Below the pieces are notes generated by a model. It searched no databases. It saw nothing but the letters and a program-made list of their open reading frames with translations, and was not told where the DNA came from. Made by a program: the position numbers and the translations under genes. Below, one piece after another: positions 38,792 through 47,399 of a DNA stretch of 64,000 nt; positions within the stretch are counted from its first letter, which is position 1; each line of letters begins with the position of its first letter. Source of the DNA: Flavobacteriales bacterium. GTDB taxonomy: Bacteria > Bacteroidota > Bacteroidia > Flavobacteriales_F > PHOS-HE28. The stretch is taken from NCBI GenBank assembly GCA_016787995.1, contig JAEUTB010000103.1:39827-103826 (forward strand), written 5' to 3'.

Positions 38792-38961
38792 CGCTCACTC
38801 GTCAGATCGACCAGGTTGGGTTCTATGTGAACCCCTTCTACATCATCGCCTTGGTTCCTCTTACCAAAGGATGTAAAGTGGTTGTTACTGGCCAAGAGTT
38901 CAATGTGACGCAGACCGAGGACGAGGTCTTGACGTTGATCGACATGCAGCGCAATCGATGA
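38792..38961 (+). CDS. 59-aa protein with FlbD-like sequence pattern
   Basis: MFISLTRQIDQVGFYVNPFYI…LTKGCKVVVTGQE… resembles the LTRLNG..FYVN…LT.GKK.VV.E pattern of the FlbD family. ATGA-coupled to the next ORF. Confidence 0.4.
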
Positions 38962-39329
38962 AATGGGATAACGTCAAGATCATGGTGCTAGGCCGAGAGG
39001 TTGAGGTGCGGTCCATTGCCATGGACTCGGACCGGCCCATCGACCCCACGTACCTCGGTAGTGTAGTGCTGGAGGCAAATAGGCAATGGGAAGCTATCCT
39101 GCGTTCGATGCCTTCAACGAAACAGGTTGACCTCACGCATGCTATCTTCTCACCAGGTAACCTCGAAGAACCACGCGCATGGCTTTTGAAATGGGCCGCG
39201 ATGAATGGATTGGAGATAGTCTCCGATGTCCAGTTCGTCAATGATGACCGCTGGGTCGTAGGCTTTGCTGGTGAATTCCCCAAGAGCTATCCGGAGCAGC
39301 TGGTTCGAGTGACCCTTGAGCTGACATAA
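38958..39329 (+). CDS. hypothetical protein, low-GC cassette gene 2
   Basis: 123-aa ORF, GC about 53%. Confidence 0.5.
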   Translation: MKWDNVKIMVLGREVEVRSIAMDSDRPIDPTYLGSVVLEANRQWEAILRSMPSTKQVDLTHAIFSPGNLEEPRAWLLKWAAMNGLEIVSDVQFVNDDRWVVGFAGEFPKSYPEQLVRVTLELT

Positions 39330-39341
39330 ACCACAGAAGCA

Positions 39342-39686
39342 ATGTACCTCGATGACAAGATCCTTGATGCTGTAAGCCTCGCATCTAGATGTTATCCAGG
39401 GGCAATGTTGTCCATTGGTGTTTCAAAGAAGAGTGTGTTGGCGGGATGCCTGCGTGGGGTTGAAGCAGTGATAGAAGTGGAAACAAATAGCCCGAGCTAT
39501 CAGTTGGTGGCACATATTGGGGGGCTGCCAGTTGTTGTCGTTGCAGATGGGTTGCCCATCCACATCATTGCAGAGTTCGATGTTGTGATTGATGGTCAAC
39601 GGTCCATGGCACTTGAACGCATTCCTGTTGAGAAAGAGTTAACACTGGAAGAAATACTCGCAATCGAAGGCCTCGCTAGAGAGTAG
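39342..39686 (+). CDS. hypothetical protein, low-GC cassette gene 3
   Basis: 114-aa ORF, GC about 49%. Confidence 0.5.
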   Translation: MYLDDKILDAVSLASRCYPGAMLSIGVSKKSVLAGCLRGVEAVIEVETNSPSYQLVAHIGGLPVVVVADGLPIHIIAEFDVVIDGQRSMALERIPVEKELTLEEILAIEGLARE

Positions 39687-39722
39687 CGCAACCCGCAACA
39701 TGCCCGGCACGTACCACGTGCT

Positions 39723-39983
39723 ATGAGCAGAAAGACGTGTGTGGTAGTGCGCTGGAAGAAGAACGATCTCTGGGAAGCCTGGTCAAGTGTGGCCGCTTTC
39801 AGCAGCTTCAACCCAAGCTATCCAACTCACTACATCAGGCGCAGAACTGTCAATGGCGTGTTCGAGAACTATAGGCTTGAGATGCGCCGTGTCGAATGGC
39901 GCAACAGCCCTGTGAGGCTACGCATCAAAGGCGTTGCACGTCGCAAACCAGGCCCCAAGGGACCCCGGAAGAAGGCGCCTTGA
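39723..39983 (+). CDS. small basic protein, unknown
   Basis: 86-aa ORF, Arg/Lys-rich C-terminus. Confidence 0.4.
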   Translation: MSRKTCVVVRWKKNDLWEAWSSVAAFSSFNPSYPTHYIRRRTVNGVFENYRLEMRRVEWRNSPVRLRIKGVARRKPGPKGPRKKAP

Positions 39984-40021
39984 TTCTGCGTTGAAGTGCC
40001 GACGATGGCTGCTTCGCGGCC

Positions 40022-40768
40022 ATGATACTCACTCGACTCGGCAACAAGAGGCGCATGGCCTCGAAGCTGTTGCCACACATTCCCGAGCACCAACTTTGGG
40101 TGGAGCTCTTCTTCGGCGCCGGTGGCATGTACTTCAATAAGCCACGCGCACCGCGCAGCATCGTCAACGATCTGGACAGCGAGGTCTACAACCTCTTCTG
40201 CGTGATCCAGGATCGATCCAAGGAGCTGGAGGAGGCGTGGTGCAGCACACCCATACACGACGATCTCTGGAAGGCTTGGAAGAAGAGCGCGCCGACCGAT
40301 CCAGTGTGGCGAGCGGTGCGGTTCCTCTTGGTGAGCAACTTCGGCTTCCTCGGCCTGCCGCAAACGCTCAAGCTGAACAACAAGAACGCGAAGCGACTGC
40401 TATACCATCGCATCGGCCAAACGCGCGATGCATTCTTCGATACCGAGTTCCTGCATTGCGACTTCCGCCAGGTGCTCTGCCGTATCCCGATGAGCAAGAG
40501 CGAGCGCATGAACGCCTTCGTGTATGCCGACCCTCCATACCTGGACACCAAGTGCAACTACAACGATGCATCAACGTGGAAAGAGAAGGACACTCGTGAC
40601 CTCTTCGAAGAGCTTGTATCGAGCGGCCTGCGCTTCGGCATCTCCGAGTTTGATCATCCGGTGGTACTAGCGTTGGCGAAGCAGTACGGACTGCGCGTGA
40701 TCACCATCGGAGAGCGACACAACCTGCGGAACAAGCGAACGGAAATCTACATCACGAACGTTGATTGA
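40022..40768 (+). CDS. Dam-like N6-adenine DNA methyltransferase (D12 class)
   Basis: N-terminal FFGAGGMYF SAM motif and catalytic YADPPY. Confidence 0.85.
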   Translation: MILTRLGNKRRMASKLLPHIPEHQLWVELFFGAGGMYFNKPRAPRSIVNDLDSEVYNLFCVIQDRSKELEEAWCSTPIHDDLWKAWKKSAPTDPVWRAVRFLLVSNFGFLGLPQTLKLNNKNAKRLLYHRIGQTRDAFFDTEFLHCDFRQVLCRIPMSKSERMNAFVYADPPYLDTKCNYNDASTWKEKDTRDLFEELVSSGLRFGISEFDHPVVLALAKQYGLRVITIGERHNLRNKRTEIYITNVD

Positions 40769-40820
40769 ACCGTTCGCTGTGAATTGATACGCATGGCTTC
40801 GATCGGTTCTTTGTTGCTCA

Positions 40821-41369
40821 ATGGATTCGTCAACGGGTAATCTGCTGCGGGGGGCGCCCTTAACGGGGCGCCCCTGTCCCGTTGACCAGCATGCGTTGGA
40901 GTACCTCAAGCTCTACGCAGGTGCTATCCGGTACTGTATCAATGCGCACCATGTACCAGACCACGCTCGTGCAGATGTACATCAGGACGTGAGCGTGCGC
41001 GTGATCCGTCGCTTCAGGAAGTTCGGTCCTGTAACAGGGGCATCGAGCAGTTGGATCTACAGGGTGACGCGCTGCGCATGCATCAGCTTCTGGCGCGATC
41101 ACCGCAAGGGGTCGGAACCCAGCGACAAGCTGGACCTGGTAGCCGCTGAAACGACTCCGGCCGATGAGTGGCTCGATAGGCAGGATGCGCACCAACGACT
41201 CCACCTGGCCGTGGCCACGCTGCCACCGATGAGCAAGGAGATCATGCGCCGTGTGCTCTTGGGACAATCGCTGGTGGAGATCGCTCACGCGCTGGAGATC
41301 GAACATGGAACCGCTAAGGTGGCCGCGCATCGTGCCCGCCTTCTCTTGCGCAAGCGCCTTATCCGATGA
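40821..41369 (+). CDS. sigma-70 family (ECF-like) RNA polymerase sigma factor
   Basis: Region 2 and a C-terminal region 4 HTH (…SKEIMRRVLLGQSLVEIAHALEIEHGTAKVAAHRARLLLRKRL). The start may be downstream of the annotated Met. Confidence 0.7.
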   Translation: MDSSTGNLLRGAPLTGRPCPVDQHALEYLKLYAGAIRYCINAHHVPDHARADVHQDVSVRVIRRFRKFGPVTGASSSWIYRVTRCACISFWRDHRKGSEPSDKLDLVAAETTPADEWLDRQDAHQRLHLAVATLPPMSKEIMRRVLLGQSLVEIAHALEIEHGTAKVAAHRARLLLRKRLIR

Positions 41370-41461
41370 ACGCAGAGACACGTCGACTCACCTGGTTGGC
41401 CTTCGTGGCCTTCGTCTTCGCAGTGGTGGCGCTGGTGCTCTGTGGCTGCACCCTACTCTGA
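41366..41461 (+). CDS. 31-aa single-TM peptide, ATGA-coupled to the sigma factor gene
   Basis: MNAETRRLTWLAFVAFVFAVVALVLCGCTLL; too short to assert. Confidence 0.3.
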   Translation: MNAETRRLTWLAFVAFVFAVVALVLCGCTLL

Positions 41462-41472
41462 TCCATCTTACC

Positions 41473-41661
41473 ATGGCACGCAACCCCGAGATCACCAAAC
41501 GTCGCAACGCCGAGATCGTGAAGGAGTACGACCGGCTCCGCTCCATCCGCGTGGGCCGTGCGCGGAAGTATACTCCCGATTACTGCATCACGCAGCTCGC
41601 AGAGAAGTTCTTCCTAAGCGAACGCACCATCGAGGATATCGTCTGGAAGAAGCGCGACTAG
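41473..41661 (+). CDS. small HTH/Mor-like regulator candidate
   Basis: 62-aa basic protein (…RRNAEIVKEYDRLRSIRVGRARKY…LSERTIEDIV…). Confidence 0.45.
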   Translation: MARNPEITKRRNAEIVKEYDRLRSIRVGRARKYTPDYCITQLAEKFFLSERTIEDIVWKKRD

Positions 41662-43307
41662 GCTGGTCGTCGGCAGAGGATGTAGCCCAGCGTCGATGTC
41701 TTGTTGGTCGACTGGCTCGCTCCAGTGGCCAGGATCGGTAACGCTGCTGCCGTGCTGCTGGGTGTGGTGGTACTGGTCCACACACTGATCGAGATGTTGA
41801 ATGGCGCGTAGTTCAGCACAACACCGCCCTGTCCGTTCACTATGGTCCTGTGCAATCCCAAAGGCGGCACGAACCAATCGTCAAACCCTTCGATCACCGC
41901 ATTCGCACCTGCGCTTATCGCAGTGGACCAGTTAGCGGTGGGTATGGTCGGCGCCCTGTAGTACCACGTCTCGGTCAGGTGGTCCACAATGATGCCATCC
42001 GCGTAGGTGTTTCCGCCCAAGCGGTCTGTGAAACGCCGGTTGTCACCATACATGTTCAGGCTCAAGAGCGTTCCCCATGTGTTGCCCGGAAGCGCAACCT
42101 GCAATGGGTATGGATGCACGATGCTCCGAAACTTCAGCAGCGCGTAGAACGTGCCCTCGTCGCCGAACTGGAATGCTGTGGTCTGGCCTGAGTGGAAGGT
42201 CTCGCTCATCGCGTAGTTGATGCCACTGCGATAGTTGCTGACGTCGAGCGGCTGCGTTGCACGGAGGCCAATGGTCGTACCGTCTGGCCTGGTGATGATG
42301 CTGTCGGCGATGGTGCGATCGCGATTGGCCGCAGACGGAACCTCCAGCGGCGAGCCAATGGGATCGCCTCGGCTGTCCAAGATGGTGACCACACCATCGG
42401 GCACCGTTGCGATAACGCTCTGTCCTGACATCGGGAATGCCTGAGCCACCTCCGCACCTCCAGTGTTGCGGATACTCACTCCTCCGTTAGGCGCCGTTAT
42501 GGACACCACCGCGCCACTTGCCACCGGTATGTCCCCACCGATCTGTGCACCTCCGGTCTGCCTGAGCTGCGCGATGCCAGGTGGCGGTGAAGTCGGGCAC
42601 GCCGTGGCCACGAACGGCGTCATCGCGGGTAGCGTCACCGGCAGGCCATCGCTGTTCGTATGCGTCACGTCGGGCAGCACGTGCTCGTCTGGGCCTTCCA
42701 GCTCCACGCGGTAGGTACCGTTGCTGTTGCGCACTACTACCAGGTTATCCTCTGGCGGTGCGGTGTACGGTTCTATCTCCAGGCCAAGCGTACCGGCCTC
42801 TGCGAAGTTGTACTGCTTGCTGGTGGAGTTGTCCAGGAGCACGCACCGGTACGTTTGCGCGTACATGTACATGTAAGGCGGTGCATCGGCCTTCTTCTGT
42901 AGCCCCACGCGGCTGAGAGGACTGAAGTGGTCACCGCTGGCGCCGTGCATCTGCATGTGCAGCTTCCGCAAGAGGCCGATGAACTCCATTCCCCTGCGCT
43001 GGCCAGCAGCGCCGTGGTTCGTGTCCTGCACGGTCTCCACGCTCAGGTATATGGTGATATCCATGGTGAGCTGCTGCGTATTGTCTCCGATATCGTCGAC
43101 CTTGGCAGCGTCGAACTGGAGGAATACCGCAGGGGCACGGTACGGGATCCAGTTGCCGTTCTGGTCCACCACCTGGTCCTGTCCGTAGTACAGGTCGATG
43201 TGCTTGATCTCCGGCACCTTCTCCTTGATGATGGCGCAGAGCTCTTGGTAGGCCTTGCCCCAATCCTGAAGCGTGGGGTCTAGGTTCTGGTCAATGATCC
43301 AGCTCAT
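41658..43307 (-). CDS. phage structural protein (549 aa), Ser/Thr/Gly-rich C-terminal half
   Basis: Last gene of the minus-strand late operon. Confidence 0.5.
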   Translation of the reverse strand: MSWIIDQNLDPTLQDWGKAYQELCAIIKEKVPEIKHIDLYYGQDQVVDQNGNWIPYRAPAVFLQFDAAKVDDIGDNTQQLTMDITIYLSVETVQDTNHGAAGQRRGMEFIGLLRKLHMQMHGASGDHFSPLSRVGLQKKADAPPYMYMYAQTYRCVLLDNSTSKQYNFAEAGTLGLEIEPYTAPPEDNLVVVRNSNGTYRVELEGPDEHVLPDVTHTNSDGLPVTLPAMTPFVATACPTSPPPGIAQLRQTGGAQIGGDIPVASGAVVSITAPNGGVSIRNTGGAEVAQAFPMSGQSVIATVPDGVVTILDSRGDPIGSPLEVPSAANRDRTIADSIITRPDGTTIGLRATQPLDVSNYRSGINYAMSETFHSGQTTAFQFGDEGTFYALLKFRSIVHPYPLQVALPGNTWGTLLSLNMYGDNRRFTDRLGGNTYADGIIVDHLTETWYYRAPTIPTANWSTAISAGANAVIEGFDDWFVPPLGLHRTIVNGQGGVVLNYAPFNISISVWTSTTTPSSTAAALPILATGASQSTNKTSTLGYILCRRPA

Positions 43308-43858
43308 TTAACAAGGGTTTGAACGACGGTTTTGAGGATGGTCTCGCGCATGGTGTTGACCAGCACGGCCGAGCGGCCCATGTACTGGCGCTTCGGCATG
43401 TAGGTGAGCATGCGTCTGGTGTGCGCCTTCACTGCACCGCCACGGCGTAGCACCTTGCCGGTGCGCAGCCTGGCCGCGTGGTCGCGCCTGGTGTGCGCGC
43501 GAACGCTCGCAGTGGTCTCGATGGTGCCGCCTTCGTTGTGGATCTTGGCATAGGGCACCTGCGGGCCACCAGCGGCCAGCTGAATGCCGTTCCAGTCCGA
43601 GCGGGTGATGCGTAGGCTGTTCATCAACAGGCCTCGCCCTTTCAGGATGCGCCCCTGCACAGCTCTGCCGCCAACGGTGCGCGGAGCCTTGGTCTTCGGC
43701 CAAAGCACCAGGCGCTCGTCGGTGAAGCCCTGGTTGCGGAAGCTCATGAGGAAGTGGCGCAGGGCATCGTTGCCCATTCGCTTGGGCACAGTGGTAAGCA
43801 GCGCCTTCTTGAGGTTGCTCACCTTGGCGTTCAGTTGCTGTACTCCGCGTGCTGGCAT
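43304..43858 (-). CDS. virion morphogenesis protein, Mu gpG-like
   Basis: Position immediately after the portal/F gene, with a basic C-terminal half. Confidence 0.5.
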   Translation of the reverse strand: MPARGVQQLNAKVSNLKKALLTTVPKRMGNDALRHFLMSFRNQGFTDERLVLWPKTKAPRTVGGRAVQGRILKGRGLLMNSLRITRSDWNGIQLAAGGPQVPYAKIHNEGGTIETTASVRAHTRRDHAARLRTGKVLRRGGAVKAHTRRMLTYMPKRQYMGRSAVLVNTMRETILKTVVQTLVK

Positions 43859-43946
43859 ATCTTTGACGCGTTCAAGCGCTCAGCGTCAGGTCCGGAAGAA
43901 TCCCTGAAGAAGGGATTCGATGTACGGTTGATGTCTGGGCGCTTGT

Positions 43947-46820
43947 TCATTGGTAGCGCTTCACAAGGATCCCGGCTCGCTGCTTGTCCAGGTTCTCGTC
44001 GTACGCATCCAGATAGAAGGTTCGCACCTGCAACGAGCTTCCCATCTGCACCCGCACAGGTACCCGCAGTGCACCTGCATCGGTGAACTTGATGTAGAGG
44101 CGATCGCCTTTCTGGTCCACCCACACCTCGTCCGGATCCAGCAGCACGTTAGGTAGTTGGTCTACCAGCGAGGCGCGTTGCGGTTCCTTGTTCAGCTTCC
44201 TATCCAGGGTCTGGCTATCTAGCTGAATGGGCCTGCCCGAGAAGTCGTTGATGACCACCACGCCCTTGTCGTTGGCATTACGAGCAAACCAACGCTGCGC
44301 TTCTTGCACCGATTCGGTATTGCTCTGTATCGGCGGCAGCGGGGAGGATGCAATGGCCTTCCATGTTCTGCTCTCCGCATCCGACCCATAGCTGTCTCGA
44401 ACGCCAAGCGTGGGCACCTTGCGCTCGCTGCTATCAAGCTCCTTGAGGTAGCTTCGGTTCAGGTCGAACACCTCGCCAGTGATGGCTTTGTTCTTGTCGA
44501 AGCCGCGCTTCTTCATTCTCGCCAGTTCGCCGCTCACCTCCAGCTGCTCCCACGCGTTGCGGGTCTGTTGCGTTAGCTCGTCGCCGGCTGGGCCATCGGG
44601 CGAGCTCACTAGCGTGCAGCGGCAGCCGTCGCCGTTGGGTGGCGCGATCACCTTGAGGATCGGATCGTTCACCGGCCATCGCTTGCCATCGAGCGCGGCG
44701 TGTGCGGGCCGAACTTGCGCATCGCCTTGCGTCCAGTACTCCACGAAGGGTAGTGCATCCGCGTTGCGTTGGATGTCGAACCAGCGGCTCGCTTGCAGGC
44801 CGGTGTTAACGGCGGTCTGGTACTCCGTGGCCAGGTATCGCTTGGTGTACTTCCCCACCACGCCGCTTTCGTCCACCAGGCGTTTGAAGTCCGAGAAGCC
44901 TGTGCTTTTGCGGACCATCGCGTTCAGTTCGGTCGCCTGTGCCAGCGTCTTGACCGCACTGAATCGCGCGATGTTCTGCTCCATGGCCGCGTAGGCCACA
45001 TGGTCCGGTTGGTCGTAGGCCACCTGTTGCAGCCCGCTGCGGAACCGAAGGGCCAGGCCATCGCTCAGGATGCCACGTACCTCTTCGAAGTAGCTCTGCG
45101 ACCAGGCTGCACCACCGTGGGTATCGCGCAGCAGTTGCTCCAGGGCTTCGGCCGCCACCTCTGGTGTGTTCTCCGCACGCACGTTCAGGCGTCCACCGCA
45201 CATGCCACAGCTGCCCAGCTCGGCGCGTGGCCACTGAGCTGTGGCCCCGTCTTCATCTTCGTCCTCGGTGCTAGGCGTGTCCTCGCCCTCGCCCTTCTTC
45301 TTGCCGCTCTGCCTGCCGTTGCCAGGTGGGTTGGCTTCGGGCGCTGGCTTCGGTGGCAAGTCCTTCATGCCGTTGAGCATCTCGTTGATCCGCTCCTCGC
45401 TCACCTTGGGGAAGGCCGTTCGGATGATCGGGCGTGCCACGCTCTCGGGGATCTCGCCGTTGGCCACCTTGGTGATCAGCTCCAACAGGCTCTGCACTTG
45501 TGCGCCGTTCATCGCCGTGTCCTGGATACTCAGGTCGCCGGTGATGGGCAAGGCCGGGTCGGCTGGTTTGTCCGGGTCGGCAGGGGTGTTAGGGTCAGCG
45601 CCAGGCCCCAGCTCCCCAGGCATGCGTCGCGCACCCAGGATGCGGATACCGGTGCGTGCCTCGATGTGCTCGGGGTCGATATCGTAGTGGACAGCCAGCT
45701 TGGCCACGGCGTCCACCAGCTCACCGGCGCTCATGTCGCGGAACTCGTCCCACTCGAACCGCAGGCCTGCGAAGGGGTACCCCAACGCCACCAGGCGCGG
45801 CATCAGCTCCTCGTTGATGACGTGCTGCACGAAGGTCTTATCGCTCTCGTGCCGGTCCTCGGCCACACCCTCAAGCACCTTCATGCTGCCGTAGGTGCCG
45901 CTGGCGTCCTTGTTGTCCGTGGTGCCGTCCTGGCCCATTAGACGCTTGCTCATCTCGGAGTTCATCCGGCTGATGAGCTTGTCGAACAGGTCCGCCGGTG
46001 ATGTGCTCGGCGTGGGTGCGATGCCGAACTCCTCATCGCCCTGGATCACGGCGTAGGCGCTGCTCATCATGTTCTGCATCACCGTCTCCAGCTGGCGTAC
46101 GCGCTTGGCATCGTTGCCGCGTGTCTTCACCCACCGGGCTGGGATGCCGTAGGTGCCGGTGTAGGCGCTCCAGCTGCCGATGGCGTACTTCTTCACCACG
46201 GCCACCGGCGCCACGCGCTCCAGCAGGCCCAGGTCCTCGGGTCGGCCCACTTCGATCAGGTAGGTGCGCAGCGGTTCCTCGCGGAACTGGTAGCCCGTCT
46301 CTTCGCCCTGGCGCCTGGCCACGATGCCCGAGTAGGGCAGGACGTTGCGCGGGTCGATGAGGTTCACCATGCGCAGCTGGCCAGGTGCGCGCAGCTCGCC
46401 CAGCTCTATCAGGCTGTGCCCGACGAAGCGAGCGCCCACCACGTACTTCACGAAGTCCAGGAACCAGGGTGCCTCCAGCAGCCGGGCGAGTTCCGGCTTG
46501 CTATCCCCCTTGGCATCCACCAGCTTGAACTTGGCACCCTGCACGCGCAGCTCCCTGGTCTCGATCAGGCTGCCCAGGTGGGCGTCCTTCAGGATGGAGT
46601 CGTACAGGTCCATGAGCTTCGCACGGTCTGGCCGGTAGAGGTTCTTGGCCATGTTCAGCGCCACGTTCCAATCCGCCATGTCCACCGTGCGGTGGGGCAT
46701 GTTCCACCGCTCCAGGTCGGGCATGCGGTAGCTCTGCATCTGGGCGGGGTGGATCAGGCTCGGCGAGAAAACCGCCCTGAGGCGCTGGATCATGTTCGGA
46801 CGTGTCATTGTGCCACTCAT
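43947..46820 (-). CDS. portal protein (DUF935/Mu gp29-like) fused to Mu gpF-like head morphogenesis domain
   Basis: 957-aa ORF with a portal-like N-terminal ~480 aa and an acidic linker. The C-terminal region carries the Phage_Mu_F signature …YWTQGDAQVRPAHAALDGKRW…PPNGDGCRCTL…. Confidence 0.8.
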   Translation of the reverse strand: MSGTMTRPNMIQRLRAVFSPSLIHPAQMQSYRMPDLERWNMPHRTVDMADWNVALNMAKNLYRPDRAKLMDLYDSILKDAHLGSLIETRELRVQGAKFKLVDAKGDSKPELARLLEAPWFLDFVKYVVGARFVGHSLIELGELRAPGQLRMVNLIDPRNVLPYSGIVARRQGEETGYQFREEPLRTYLIEVGRPEDLGLLERVAPVAVVKKYAIGSWSAYTGTYGIPARWVKTRGNDAKRVRQLETVMQNMMSSAYAVIQGDEEFGIAPTPSTSPADLFDKLISRMNSEMSKRLMGQDGTTDNKDASGTYGSMKVLEGVAEDRHESDKTFVQHVINEELMPRLVALGYPFAGLRFEWDEFRDMSAGELVDAVAKLAVHYDIDPEHIEARTGIRILGARRMPGELGPGADPNTPADPDKPADPALPITGDLSIQDTAMNGAQVQSLLELITKVANGEIPESVARPIIRTAFPKVSEERINEMLNGMKDLPPKPAPEANPPGNGRQSGKKKGEGEDTPSTEDEDEDGATAQWPRAELGSCGMCGGRLNVRAENTPEVAAEALEQLLRDTHGGAAWSQSYFEEVRGILSDGLALRFRSGLQQVAYDQPDHVAYAAMEQNIARFSAVKTLAQATELNAMVRKSTGFSDFKRLVDESGVVGKYTKRYLATEYQTAVNTGLQASRWFDIQRNADALPFVEYWTQGDAQVRPAHAALDGKRWPVNDPILKVIAPPNGDGCRCTLVSSPDGPAGDELTQQTRNAWEQLEVSGELARMKKRGFDKNKAITGEVFDLNRSYLKELDSSERKVPTLGVRDSYGSDAESRTWKAIASSPLPPIQSNTESVQEAQRWFARNANDKGVVVINDFSGRPIQLDSQTLDRKLNKEPQRASLVDQLPNVLLDPDEVWVDQKGDRLYIKFTDAGALRVPVRVQMGSSLQVRTFYLDAYDENLDKQRAGILVKRYQ

Positions 46821-46883
46821 TGGGGTGTCGTGCGTCAGCGGCTTTGAAATGCCGTTTAAGTGGGGCGTCGTTTCGGTGGTCGG

Positions 46884-47399
46884 TTAGAAGTAATGACCGT
46901 TGGGGATGTACGCGCCCCCGACTCGGGGTATTCCGGCGTTGTCCTCGGGGGCTTCGACTGCTGGAAAGTCCGGAGCCTCGTTCCCGACTGCCACCCTGTC
47001 CAGCCAGGCTAGCGTCTCATCGTGGTCATCCTTCACCTGCTCCGGTATCTTCCGGGGGTTGATCCGGCGGTGCACCAGGTAGGTGAAGATGTTGAGCACG
47101 TGAAGGATCAGAAGGCTGTTCCGCGCACCTGCGGTGGCACTGAACAGCGCGGTGGTGTTGTAGCGGTTGTTCAGCACGCTACGGATCTGGGCGATGGCCA
47201 TGCTCTCGCAGCTCACCTTCACGGTCTCGCTGGCGGCAACGGCGGCCTGGTAAGCGGCATACGCCTCCGGCTCGGTGGTCTGGTTCGGTATCTCGGCACC
47301 GGGGTCAAAGTCGACCAGGTCGTGGAGGTGCTCGTCGCGCAGGCGGCTGCGCACGTCGGTCTCGGTGAGGAAGGTGTAAGCTGTTGGCATGGCTACCAA
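46884..47399 (-). CDS. phage protein, unknown (171 aa)
   Basis: Lies between the terminase large subunit and the portal. Confidence 0.45.
   Translation of the reverse strand: MVAMPTAYTFLTETDVRSRLRDEHLHDLVDFDPGAEIPNQTTEPEAYAAYQAAVAASETVKVSCESMAIAQIRSVLNNRYNTTALFSATAGARNSLLILHVLNIFTYLVHRRINPRKIPEQVKDDHDETLAWLDRVAVGNEAPDFPAVEAPEDNAGIPRVGGAYIPNGHYF

Noticed and set aside
44769-45941. 390-aa plus-strand ORF inside the portal gene region
   Set aside because: Antisense shadow ORF; the portal/MuF reading frame on the minus strand is well supported.
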